A program made the translations under genes and the position numbers. Below the pieces are notes generated by a model. The model was not told the origin of the DNA. It saw only the letters and a program-made list of their open reading frames with translations, and searched no databases. A stretch of 64,000 bases of DNA from Barthelona sp. PCE (taxonomy: Eukaryota): assembly GCA_040285745.1 (NCBI GenBank), contig JAUFOR010000001.1, positions 1 to 64,000 of the forward strand, written 5' to 3'. Positions 1-10,690 of the stretch are shown piece after piece. How positions within the stretch are numbered: position 1 is the first letter of the stretch; each line of letters starts with the position of its first letter.

Positions 1-65
1 TCAAACAGCTACTTGGTGACCATAATATTGTAACCCATCTTGATATCTTATTATTTGATCATATC

Positions 66-1919
66 ATGAGTGATGAACATACAAGAAGAAGAATACCCTT
101 CCCATTTGAGATGAACAGATTAAGAAATCTTTCAAGAGAAATTCCGATGGATGAAAACCACCTACTGTTAACCATTGGTGATGCCGTTAATAATAGAAGA
201 GTGATGCAATCCTACATATTAAATGTTATAACCGAGGAATATAGATGTCTTGGAGAGTATAGCTTTCAATCAATCATTAATTCTCCGTATTTTACAAACA
301 ACTACATTTTGTTAAAGAAATGCCAAGATGATACCATATGGCATTACAGTTTTTCTGTTGATGACATGGACGAAGCACATGAACCTGATATTGAGCAGTT
401 GCATTGTGTTCATTTAGAATACTTCTTCGAGTGCTTAAACTCGGATTGCATTTGCTCAGTCAGGTTTCGCTATCAAGAAATTGATGAACTAATAATATTT
501 GACTGTCAGAGGAACCAAGTTAACTTGATAGAAAGGTTTCCACAGCTTAAAAGATTGTATATTAAGAAAAAAAAATCAAAATTTGCATTATTAACGCTCA
601 CTCAAGATGTTTTGTCAATAGTATTTATTGGATTTGGATCAAGTTTTACGGTGATTCATATCGAAAACGGTGAATTGAAGATGTCAGAGGGTAAACTGAA
701 TTTTAAGTACGTAATTTGCGATGGCTGGAAGCATATAGACTTGAATGATAATTCCTTTTGTGATGAAGATTGTGTTTTTTATGGTGTTGATGAAATAACA
801 GGACGTTATGGCCCAATCAAATTTAGAGAGGCTAGTAAGGAGGTTGTGCGTTTGAAAAGTCTTCACCCAAAGAAAATATTTTTTGATGGAATAGCGGAAG
901 TGTATGATGATAACGCTTCGATAAGATACTACTTTTTTTTCAAAGAAAGGAAGCTTATTGTGCTGCGTGGGTGTAGGCCGGTTTCACATACGAGCTGCGA
1001 GATCCGATCAGTTCATCCAAATGAAGGAGATGATTTTTTTGTAATGGCAGAGAAGCATAGTGAAACAAATACATATGTCAAAATTCACTGGCGCTGGTCA
1101 GAATCCAAGCCTGTCACAACCATTTTACCTCATTGCGGTTCTAATAACCGTGGTTTTATTCAAGGGTTGCCTGTCAATGTTGACCGTCTTGAGGATCGTA
1201 CAGGCTTGGTGTATTTGGGAAGTAAGCTGCTTTTGGATCTTCCCCCGAATATTTATGTTCGAGGTGTTCATCGTTCACATTTTGATAATTCAGCATGCAT
1301 TCTGTGTAGAGATACAATCCATTTTTTTCGGTTCAATGTCAACGGGTATGTTGTGGAGGTTCAAAATCACATTGTTTTTGAATCTGAATATTCATGTGAT
1401 GTTTACTTTAATCCTCGTCCATTGGCTGAAACACCTGATCATCAGCTGTTTGTTTTGTATGTTGAAGATGGTGAAGCAACAACGCAACATTTACACTGTT
1501 TAGATTGGTCAACAGGAAGCTTCTTAGAGCCTGTTTTCCTTTATCAGTATGGTATATATGATGAAATGGAGGAAGGCAACTATTTCAATAATTTCGTGGG
1601 TGATTCATACATACATGTATGGCATGGTATTATTAAAGCATACGTTGAAGATGGTGCTATCAAAACAAGATTTTTCACTAACAATAGTTTCCCTATTGTG
1701 AATATAAGCCAAAATCATAATCTACCTAACAACACTATTCAGAAGGTTATTTACGAAGGAGAGACCAAGACAATGGTGCTGAAAACTTACAATATTGAGG
1801 AAGACCCGGAATCGATGAATCCCACAGTGGAAACGTTCCACCTTCCTTCTTTTCTGGCCGAGGCGTCCATCGTTGAGTACCACATGCCCGATTATTATGA
1901 GTGTTTTCATGATGAATAG
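66..1919 (+). CDS. Uncharacterised protein of a lineage-specific family ('family X', beta-rich), 617 aa
   Basis: Long ORF. Shares motifs (ERFPQLK; VYLGSKLLLD; CLDWSTG; C-terminal FLAEASI) with the ORFs at 17487, 31950-33728 and the transposon-interrupted gene 45892-54044. Confidence 0.85.
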   Translation: MSDEHTRRRIPFPFEMNRLRNLSREIPMDENHLLLTIGDAVNNRRVMQSYILNVITEEYRCLGEYSFQSIINSPYFTNNYILLKKCQDDTIWHYSFSVDDMDEAHEPDIEQLHCVHLEYFFECLNSDCICSVRFRYQEIDELIIFDCQRNQVNLIERFPQLKRLYIKKKKSKFALLTLTQDVLSIVFIGFGSSFTVIHIENGELKMSEGKLNFKYVICDGWKHIDLNDNSFCDEDCVFYGVDEITGRYGPIKFREASKEVVRLKSLHPKKIFFDGIAEVYDDNASIRYYFFFKERKLIVLRGCRPVSHTSCEIRSVHPNEGDDFFVMAEKHSETNTYVKIHWRWSESKPVTTILPHCGSNNRGFIQGLPVNVDRLEDRTGLVYLGSKLLLDLPPNIYVRGVHRSHFDNSACILCRDTIHFFRFNVNGYVVEVQNHIVFESEYSCDVYFNPRPLAETPDHQLFVLYVEDGEATTQHLHCLDWSTGSFLEPVFLYQYGIYDEMEEGNYFNNFVGDSYIHVWHGIIKAYVEDGAIKTRFFTNNSFPIVNISQNHNLPNNTIQKVIYEGETKTMVLKTYNIEEDPESMNPTVETFHLPSFLAEASIVEYHMPDYYECFHDE

Positions 1920-2017
1920 TTTAAACGAATTCTATATGAAACATTAAACAAATTAAAGGATAGAAATAAACGCGAAATGGTGTGCCAAGAGGATGACTTA
2001 AGAACATCTGTTTATTA

Positions 2018-3589
2018 TTATCTTCTTTGGTTTCTGGGTCCACCACGTCTCTTACGTCTCTGCTGCTTCTTGTTGTATGCTGGAAGACTAACATTCGGTG
2101 GTACATTTAGTAAAAATGATTCACTAATGCTGGCCAGATCAAGTGCGTTAATATCAAAAATTGACTTGAATGAGTGCGAGTTATAAGCGAGAATAAACGA
2201 ACGATAGCTGTCCGTGGCACTCTTTGATAATGCATAAGACTCACTAACCATATCTTTGAGATATTCGCCAAGCTTGACTGGAAGTTTCTCATTAAGCTCA
2301 TATTTGACAAGGTCAATATTCTTCTGCTTTAGGAGCTCCAAAAACCCAGTCTCATGAGGCATAAGGAAGACAATGGCTTTACCAGCTTTACCAGCACGTG
2401 CAGTACGACCAACACGATGAATGTAATCACGAATATCGGCTGGGGGATCATACTGAACGATCCAGTCAACATCAGGGAAATCAAGACCACGTGCAGCGAC
2501 ATTTGTACACATTAATACACCGCGATCGGTGTTGCAGAACTCAAAGAACGTCGAAGTTCTTCTCTTCTGTTTCATTTGACCGTGCAGCTGATAAAAGTTG
2601 CATGTATCATCCTTATATGCGTAGTTGAACAGCTCATAATGATACTTTACGGAAGCGCAACTGGAGAAGAAAACCATAATCTTCTTTCGTCGGAACTTTG
2701 TTATTATCTTGAGCAGCAATAGGAGTCTGTTATGTGGCTCAACAAACGTAAAGCCCTGCTTGAGGTTGTTGGCGGTGGCTGCATCTTCATCCTGCTCGGG
2801 GTTGACGTATACCACTGTTTCTTTGTTAAGTGTTTCGGCAGCAAGCTCTGAAATCTTTTTGGACTGAGTAGCACTGAACAGCATCGTTTGTCTGGGATGG
2901 GTGTGCTTGTCAGGTAGGAGAGAGACGACCTGTCGAAGCTCTTCTTCGAAGCCGGGATCCAAAAGGTGATCAGCCTCATCCAAAATTAAAACTTTGAGGT
3001 TGTCCAGTTTGAATCCAGTATCACGGGAGTTACGCAGGTGATCAATAAGACGACCAGGTGTAGCAATGAGAAGATTTACGCCCTTTGAAAGCTTCTCTTT
3101 CTCAACATTGATGTTCATACCTCCAGCAACAAGCCCAAATGTTTGAGTAAAATGTTGGCACAATTCTGTGGCAACAGAGTAGATCTGTAGAGCAAGTTCA
3201 CGAGTGGGTGTAATAATTAAAGCACCAGTTCCATTACGTGCAGAAAAACGTGCAGCGTTTAGGGTCTCCAAGGCTGGAAGGAGGAACGCCAGAGTCTTAC
3301 CTGAGCCCGTTTTTGCTGCACCCAGAATATCTTTGCCCAATAACGCAGGAGGAATTGCAAGTGTTTGGATTGGTGTTGGATGAGTGAACCCCATAGAAGA
3401 AATACCCTTCTGAGCCCTATGAGACAAAGGCATGTCTTCGAAAGTGATGTTTTCTACATCTTGAACCTCTTGTTTGTCGGTATTAACAATAACTTCTTCC
3501 CCTTCTTCAGTCTTGGCTTTTTTCTAAAGGTTAGCACTATCTATATATCGTTTAGAAGTACAAAATCATACAATTGCCAATTCAGTCAT
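2018..3589 (-). CDS. DDX18: DEAD-box RNA helicase HAS1/DDX18-like, ~507 aa, 2 exons (3589-3572, 3523-2018)
   Basis: Q motif PTPIQ, AKTGSGKT, PTRELA, DEAD, SAT, ARGLD, HRVGRTAR; NGTGALII and YRSFILAYNSH typical of HAS1. Splicing a 48-nt intron extends the ORF to an upstream ATG in frame. Confidence 0.9.
3524..3571 (-). other. Spliceosomal intron, 48 nt
   Basis: GTATGA...GCTAACCTTTAG; removal joins MTELAI to KKAKTEE in frame. Confidence 0.8.
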
Positions 3590-3693
3590 GTTAAAAAAGG
3601 TAATAATGCAATAACCTGATGTGGTATTACTTTTTTCCGCTTTTTCAAGTTGAAAGTTTGTCAACAATAGGGAACATCTGTGGTTAATGGTGT

Positions 3694-4590
3694 ATGAATT
3701 CGCATATTAGCAAAGCTTTAATTTGTTTCGATTTTTCAGGTGAATTTCGACTTTTAGAACAACAAAATGTTGTTAATCTGTTTGATCTTGTCATTAAATT
3801 TGGACCAAGAACAGAAAATTCTTCGTTAAGTGCAAGCAATGGGGTGTATCAGGTTTTTGTTGATGATTGTACTTTAAATAACTGCATTTATAGTGAATCG
3901 ATGTTGAAATTGATTCTATGCAGTTTTTGTTTCATTTGGATACCTGAAATATCCGATAGTGCAATGGAAGGTTTTGAAATAGATCGATTTAATCATGTTT
4001 TTGAGGGTCTTGCTCTGCGTATGTGTTTTATTTTACCCGAAAACACGCGCATGCAGCTGAAAACACCATACATACATTCATTTCGTTCTTTTTCTGCTTT
4101 ACCAAAAACACTTTCTCTGTTTAATGTGTCTTCCAATTTTTCCATTATATTGAATGAAACAATGCTCTACGGTCTCTGTTCTTCACTTGTACAGTGTGCC
4201 TATCAGTTCTTTGTCGGATTTTATGCTCTCTCTTCACTACACGAGTTGTTTATTGACGATGTGTCGTTTTGTATGATTTTGGATGATAGAACATTGAGTT
4301 TTCTTGACAAGGTACTTGAGAATCGTGATTTCGTGCTTATAAGACGACCAAATGTAGATGACACGAATTATCACTTTGAAGTAGTTCTGGCATCAGATTA
4401 TTTTTTCATTTGCAGGACAGATCATTTTGTTTTCACACATTACGATTATAAATATGAATTTGATCCTGAAAAATGTGAATTTGTTTGTGGAAAACTGACA
4501 AATGTTTGGAAAACATCACAATTAGATTTTCTTCCTGAAGGTGCTTCAAAACCGCCTATTTATTTTATGGAGAAGTACCTTAATGTATAG
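3694..4590 (+). CDS. Hypothetical protein, 298 aa
   Basis: Long ORF filling the space between neighbours; no motif recognised. Confidence 0.7.
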   Translation: MNSHISKALICFDFSGEFRLLEQQNVVNLFDLVIKFGPRTENSSLSASNGVYQVFVDDCTLNNCIYSESMLKLILCSFCFIWIPEISDSAMEGFEIDRFNHVFEGLALRMCFILPENTRMQLKTPYIHSFRSFSALPKTLSLFNVSSNFSIILNETMLYGLCSSLVQCAYQFFVGFYALSSLHELFIDDVSFCMILDDRTLSFLDKVLENRDFVLIRRPNVDDTNYHFEVVLASDYFFICRTDHFVFTHYDYKYEFDPEKCEFVCGKLTNVWKTSQLDFLPEGASKPPIYFMEKYLNV

Positions 4591-4680
4591 TACCCCTGAG
4601 ACATTGATAGTAAAAAGAATAGTGTAATTGTTTGTAAATTATTGCGTATTTCTTTTTCATTCCATTTATTCTTTTATTCA

Positions 4681-6285
4681 ATGTCTAAAAGCGAGCTTTT
4701 AGCATCACTGGCGCAGAAGTTACGACAAGGTGAAATGGCAGGAGACGATGCTTTTAAAATTTTGTTTGGAAGCACAAAGAATAGCAGTCCTATGACAAAA
4801 CAGTCGTTGCACGAGATCGAAGAGATCATGGAGCCCGATTCACCTCCTCCGGGACCACCGCAAAGCAGTGCGCAAGTAATTCATCAAACCGCATCTCCAC
4901 AACACATGTTTGTCAATGAATCTTCAACAGATTCACCTTACGGGCAAGAGGCAGTGACCGAAACCGAAAGCATTTTAGATTTAGAGAACCGCAGTTATTA
5001 TTCTAGCGAATATTATTCACAATATGAGACTCCACACACTGCAACAAAGGTTAATGGGCCCAAATTGCGTACTTTGAACACTGCAGCTAGTAGAAGACAT
5101 GTTAAATTGCGTAAACAACTTGAGGATGATTTCCAGAAGAAACATACTTTCAAACCTGATGTTGGAGAAGCCCAGATTGAGCGAAAGAACGCAAGTAATT
5201 TCTATGATCGAACTGTGAATTGGAAGAAGCAGGTCGAGGAAGAGCTGAAAAAGCAACACGCTAAGGAAGAAGAAGTTGAGTTGGTTGCAACACCAAAGAT
5301 ATCACGTGCACTTATCGAGAAGAGAACTAATAAGTTATATCAGTCAGCCAAGACACGGATGGATCGTTTACAGAAGTTGAAAGACGAGTATGAAGAAGAA
5401 GAGAAGAAGAAATTGAGAGAGAAGCCCATAAAACATTCAACTTCTTATAACAAGGAGGTAGAAGCAAAATATAACAAGCCACGTAAGCCTTATAAGCATC
5501 CAACACCTCAGGAGATCGATCGTGACTGTACTGGAAAGCCCGTGCTCATTGCAAAGAGACCTAAAGAAGATGCGTTATTGAAAGGTTATCTCAAACAGGA
5601 TGTATACAGCAGACTGTATCAAAATGCGCTTCAAAATGATGAGGAACTTATTTCTTCCGTGGAACACGATCCCTTCCAACCGAGAATAGACCCTGTATTG
5701 TTGTCAGACACTGATTGGAATGGATTCTTGCAACGTCAAGAATTGCTCAAGCAAAGAAAGGCCAATTCAGTTCGAAGAATGCGCGCCAAGATGGAGGGGG
5801 ATCACAGGCCCAAAATATTGGAGAAGTCGCGAAACTTGGCACATACGTACCGCCTGAATCAGCAGAAGAAGAAGCAACAGGCTGTTTTTGATGCGATGAT
5901 TAATGATGAAAAGCAGAAGACACGTACGAAGAAGAAGATATCGAAAGATAGTATCAATAGATTGTATACTGGTGGTAGCACACGTAAGAAGCGACCCCAA
6001 ACCACTAATTTTTCTCACAGACCTGATCTTTCAGCGACACAGAAGATTAAGAAGCGAAGGAAGCCTCGTAACTTTGATCATTTATCTTATCATCGCCAAA
6101 AACAGGAGAAACTCGAGGAATTGAGAAAAATTAGAGAAAAAGAAAAAATTGATATTGAATTGAAGGAGTGTACATTCCAACCAAAGATTAGAGATGCTCC
6201 TAGCTTTGTTAAAACGGTGGCACAGAAGCTCAGAGAAACCGGAAATCAGAGATATTATATGCAAAATGATAAACCATGGAAGTAA
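4681..6285 (+). CDS. Basic coiled-coil protein with (C/H)TFxP-type repeats, possibly cytoskeletal
   Basis: First ATG at 4681; K/E/R-rich helices; repeats HTFKPD, PFQPRI, FSHRPD, CTFQPKI. Function is inferred. Confidence 0.75.
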   Translation: MSKSELLASLAQKLRQGEMAGDDAFKILFGSTKNSSPMTKQSLHEIEEIMEPDSPPPGPPQSSAQVIHQTASPQHMFVNESSTDSPYGQEAVTETESILDLENRSYYSSEYYSQYETPHTATKVNGPKLRTLNTAASRRHVKLRKQLEDDFQKKHTFKPDVGEAQIERKNASNFYDRTVNWKKQVEEELKKQHAKEEEVELVATPKISRALIEKRTNKLYQSAKTRMDRLQKLKDEYEEEEKKKLREKPIKHSTSYNKEVEAKYNKPRKPYKHPTPQEIDRDCTGKPVLIAKRPKEDALLKGYLKQDVYSRLYQNALQNDEELISSVEHDPFQPRIDPVLLSDTDWNGFLQRQELLKQRKANSVRRMRAKMEGDHRPKILEKSRNLAHTYRLNQQKKKQQAVFDAMINDEKQKTRTKKKISKDSINRLYTGGSTRKKRPQTTNFSHRPDLSATQKIKKRRKPRNFDHLSYHRQKQEKLEELRKIREKEKIDIELKECTFQPKIRDAPSFVKTVAQKLRETGNQRYYMQNDKPWK

Positions 6286-6689
6286 AAGTAAGTTGTCAGA
6301 TTTTTTTTCACTCTCAATGTATTTGAGGAATTTTATTCATTGCAAGAAGATTTAAACTCATGAATGAAGTGCGTGAAACACAGGTGAGTTACAACCGGAT
6401 CATAATAACTTGCCTTTATGTAATAAACCTTTAACACGGTTTATTCATACTCAAAAAGCACTTGAGGATTATACTTACCGCCCCAGACTGAATACTGATG
6501 AGCGAAAAGATGAACGTGTTCCTTTAATCATAATTATGAATTTTTTTATATTCTTTAAAGTTTCTTCTTAGAAACTAATCATTGGATCTTAACAACCACT
6601 GTTTCAGTAGCCTTATGGTTGAATAAATATTGTTCTTCAGTGTATGTTCAGACAAATAATTCGTTTTAGCTATTTTCTCTCGTTTACGT

Positions 6690-8300
6690 ATGATTCACAG
6701 ATTTATTGCCAACAATGTGATACCATTGTTCAGTAAGTGTGTTGAGGATACAGAACTTATGGAAACAGAAACAGGATATGTTAAACGTTCGGAACTTTCT
6801 CTCCATGAGATTTTATTGCTTATGCATCTTAACTGTCCACATGTTGTGAAGTTTTATGGGTTTGATTATGATGATTATGGGCTCAGTATTCACTTAGAAT
6901 TGTTGAATCGAAAGGTTAATGATCGTTTTCAAAGTGAACGAGTACATCTAACACATTATTCGAGGTTTTTTAGCAGCAACGAACAGCTGAGACTGCAAAT
7001 TCTCGCAGACTTATTTGATGTAGTGAGTTATCTTCATCTTGAACCATTTTGTGTTAATCATAGGGATCTTAAGCCAGAACAGTTCGCATTCACAGAGTTT
7101 AGCGACCAAGGTAAGCTCAAATTGTTTGATTTTGACTTTTCTCACACTGTGCATAGTTGTGACATTCTTCCATTTTTACAAGGCGGAACAGAGCATTGGC
7201 AGGACACACGTGCCGAGTTATCAGTTTTCATCCTTGACCGAGATATCAGAGCGTTAGGCCGTTTGATATTGATGATTCTTATGTGTAATGAAGACTATTT
7301 GACAGACATGCTTCTCGATTTTCAACAATCTGGAAGCTTGCGCAACTGGAACGTAAATTTTGCATGGCGTCGTTTACTAAATTGTACAGTAGAGCGCAAG
7401 AAAACCAATGCGTTTGCTTTAAGGTTTTTAGCTAATTATTTAATACCTACATTACCTGCGCCAACGGAAACAACTCTTCTGTATCACCATGACAACGTAC
7501 TCCGGAACGTTGAACGAAAGATTGAAGTTATTAACGACTCATTTTTTGAGTTGCTGGGAGCTCAACAGCTTTATTCACATTTCTTATGGTACGATCATCA
7601 TGAGTGGAGTTTCATCGAATCTGAGCTTGACTTTACTTGGTATTACTGGAGTTCACCAACGGAAATATGCTTTGAGGAGTTTAAATGTAGTCGAGCACAC
7701 GTGTGCGTGACAACTAGATGTCTTGAAGAAGATGATGATAATTATGATGCGGAGTGTGTCTTCATATCAACGTTTCATGAGGCAAGGCACTTCTTGTGCA
7801 GCTATGTGGACCACGACTCGACCGAGTTCATATCCGATCCCGACTATGAAGGAACAATTGCCGACTTCTGTGGGGGTATAACGCCTCCTACAGATGTTGA
7901 ATTCGATTGTTTCCGTGCACTTATGATTAAGAAGAAGGGTAAATGTGTGGCTATGATTGTTTTTAGTGCTCTTTACGATGATGATTGTGCTGTCGCGAAG
8001 TACAATGGGAGTCAGGAGGAGGATTACACATATTTTCTTGATGAAGCATCAGGAATCAATTGTATGATGCTTGTTGATCCAGATTATTGGTTAGAAAAAG
8101 AGTTTAGAGTCATTTTAGTAGAGAAATTCCCCTTAAGTTTTCAATTCCCCCAGCGTTTAAGTACTACTTGGGATTTAGGTATTCCGACTGTTCTTACACT
8201 TTATGGAAACAGTGTATCGGAAGATATAATGTTGGAATACTCGCGTGGCGCTGTGCATTTAATTGATGGCAACAAAGAGTATGTATTGGAGCGGATATAG
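6690..8300 (+). CDS. Divergent protein kinase-domain protein
   Basis: HEILLLMHLNCPHVVKFYG, HRDLKPEQ catalytic loop, KLFDFD (DFG-like), GGTEHW; truncated N-lobe; unknown C-terminal half. Confidence 0.8.
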   Translation: MIHRFIANNVIPLFSKCVEDTELMETETGYVKRSELSLHEILLLMHLNCPHVVKFYGFDYDDYGLSIHLELLNRKVNDRFQSERVHLTHYSRFFSSNEQLRLQILADLFDVVSYLHLEPFCVNHRDLKPEQFAFTEFSDQGKLKLFDFDFSHTVHSCDILPFLQGGTEHWQDTRAELSVFILDRDIRALGRLILMILMCNEDYLTDMLLDFQQSGSLRNWNVNFAWRRLLNCTVERKKTNAFALRFLANYLIPTLPAPTETTLLYHHDNVLRNVERKIEVINDSFFELLGAQQLYSHFLWYDHHEWSFIESELDFTWYYWSSPTEICFEEFKCSRAHVCVTTRCLEEDDDNYDAECVFISTFHEARHFLCSYVDHDSTEFISDPDYEGTIADFCGGITPPTDVEFDCFRALMIKKKGKCVAMIVFSALYDDDCAVAKYNGSQEEDYTYFLDEASGINCMMLVDPDYWLEKEFRVILVEKFPLSFQFPQRLSTTWDLGIPTVLTLYGNSVSEDIMLEYSRGAVHLIDGNKEYVLERI

Positions 8301-8457
8301 TGTTTAAAATCATATCCTCGTTGTAAATAGACCATTTTATGATTGTGAATATCAAGATGATTTCAGATATAATTTCAAAGTGATCGAACATATTAACAAC
8401 ATCATTATCTCAATTATGGTGCTTTATAGAGCAGTAGGTAACATATATGTAACAGTT

Positions 8458-10387
8458 TTAATTCATCATTAAGAATAAAACAAATAACAAGATAATTATA
8501 CCAAAAATCGCAGTAAGAGTAACCCAATCATCATCAAAATTTAACGTTTTTTTACGTCGATAATTGGTTATTTTTTCTTCTTTATGTTCACTGCACTCAC
8601 TTCTTTCACTTTTTTCATTACTTTCATTGTATTTAACAAAATCAACATTATTAATGGATAAAAAATTTATCTTTTTTTTTTTCACACGCTTCTTTGGTTT
8701 AAAATCTACACCATGCCGTGAAAAGACTTGAGCCATATCTATTTCCAAGAAAAAAGGATCCATGACAGTTCTACAACCCTGTTCATCAATTTCATACATC
8801 ATATCTGTTTGAATGTGACAAATGATTGCCTTACATCCAGCTCTAAAAACAAGATATTTTTGAAAAGGTCGTATTTCGTCATATGGAATTGCAACAGATA
8901 TATTTTTCATTCTTAACAACCGCTCACCACTGATTATTATGGGAAGAATACCGTCTCTATATTCAACTGCCAAACAATCCTTATGTACGAAAATATTTTT
9001 AACAGTTCTCCTGGATTCTAATTTTTCATATCTCAAATCACCACTGAAAACGTTAAACATCACAACGACATTAAAAGCTTCAGAAGAAATACAAAGCACA
9101 CAGTATGTATCGTGCCCATCAATCATTAAATTGTATTCGCCAATGTCATTTGAAGGAACAACGTCAGAGATATCAAACTCAAAACAATGAGTAAAGGACA
9201 TAGTGCCTGTTCTATTGTTGAAAAAAAACAGAGTGCCAGATGTACCAGAATACTCACATATCACAGCACCATCGCTTCTTCCACTCACTAAGTACTGGAA
9301 ATCACTGTTGTAAAACAACTCAGTTTGAAATTTCTGGTTACCATACTTAATATTCAACATTCCAGATTCGACCAACAAAGAAATACCTTTGGTTGTTTGA
9401 AGAACTTTATCAACCTCAATTTCTCTCTTACCCATGGGAACTTCTCTCTCAGGCCGCTTTGGTATTGGTTGCGGTTTGGGAGCAACATACACGGGAGCAG
9501 ATTGGAACACATGAGCAGATATATCAATCACATGAAGTATTTCACAATCTTCAGTATTCGCAGGAGCAGTTATACCACCAGGTTTGGCAGTCTCATTCAT
9601 GGATTTTTGAATTGTGTTGTCAATCTCAATATTCGACATGCTTAATGTGTAGAGTTCTGAGCTTGGAAATAAAAGAGAAATGAACACATTTTCACTACGA
9701 TCCACAGCATTAGCTGCTTCAAATGTGAAGCTGTTGTTAACAGTTATGGATACATCAAGCGAAGTAACTATATAAGGCAGCAAAGCCTGCTCTTCTGATT
9801 CCAAGTTGAACAACCCCACAGCAGAATCGTTTAAGTGTATTTGTTTGGTTACGATCATCCAGTTCTGTGGACACATGACAAAATTTGTAATTGGAAAGGG
9901 GGTTGTGCTCGGTTTCGTCTACAAGTAAGCCATTTTTAAGAATCATGTACGTCGTAAAAACGCTCTGATTGGTCGTAATGGCACCCATAGCTCTGTCAAA
10001 AACACTGATATGTGTGTGCACCTCCGGAACAACGACTTGATTCAGTATCTGAATACCATCATCATCGTGCTTGAATGTACGATAATGTGTCTCGCACACA
10101 CCATCCCTGCTGTTGCTGCTGACAACTCCAAGTGCACCGTACACACTGCTGCACGCCATAAAGGCTTTACCCGGCAAAGCATCACTGATCAGCGAAGAGA
10201 TCTCAGGGTCGAGTTGGGCATGTGTAGATAGTCCGGACTTCTTCGAGAATGATGTTATTTTCCAAGTTCTGTCGTCACATTGGGAAATCCAAAATTCAGT
10301 TTCTCTAAATGAACATTTTGGAACATTATTTGGTATTTTTTGTGCTATATTTGTTGTTTTACGTGCATTACGTGCAAGTTTGCTCAT
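8458..10387 (-). CDS. Probable single tail-anchored protein split into two overlapping frames (10387-9755 and 9876-8458)
   Basis: Two long same-strand ORFs overlap. Deleting one base of the C5 run (plus-strand GGGGG 9898-9902) fuses them. C-terminal hydrophobic helix LTAIFGIIILLFVLFLMMN. Confidence 0.6.
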
Positions 10388-10690
10388 TGAAAGGCAATTT
10401 TTTTAAAAAAACAGAATCTTATTTTTTGAAGGTTTTAGATTACAGTGACTATTCACATTAAGTGAATAAGACTATTTTTCATAATTTATTCATGAATCAA
10501 ATTTTTTGTTTATCATGAACCGGTATTGAATTTCAAATAGTTTTTATGCTGAAATTGGTAGGAAACCGCGAAAAAGCAGACATTCCAGCTTATTAGTGTT
10601 GAAAAGCAAACAGAATCGAAAAGTATCAAAGAATTTGATTCACAATTTTATACCCTTATCGTCTAACTAAAGGTCTACTTTTTGTTTGAA

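Noticed and set aside
6471-6550. ATACTTACC resembling the U1 snRNA 5' end (or a minus-strand GTAAGT donor)
   Set aside because: No U1 stem-loop I motif or convincing fold, and no acceptor matching the local intron consensus.
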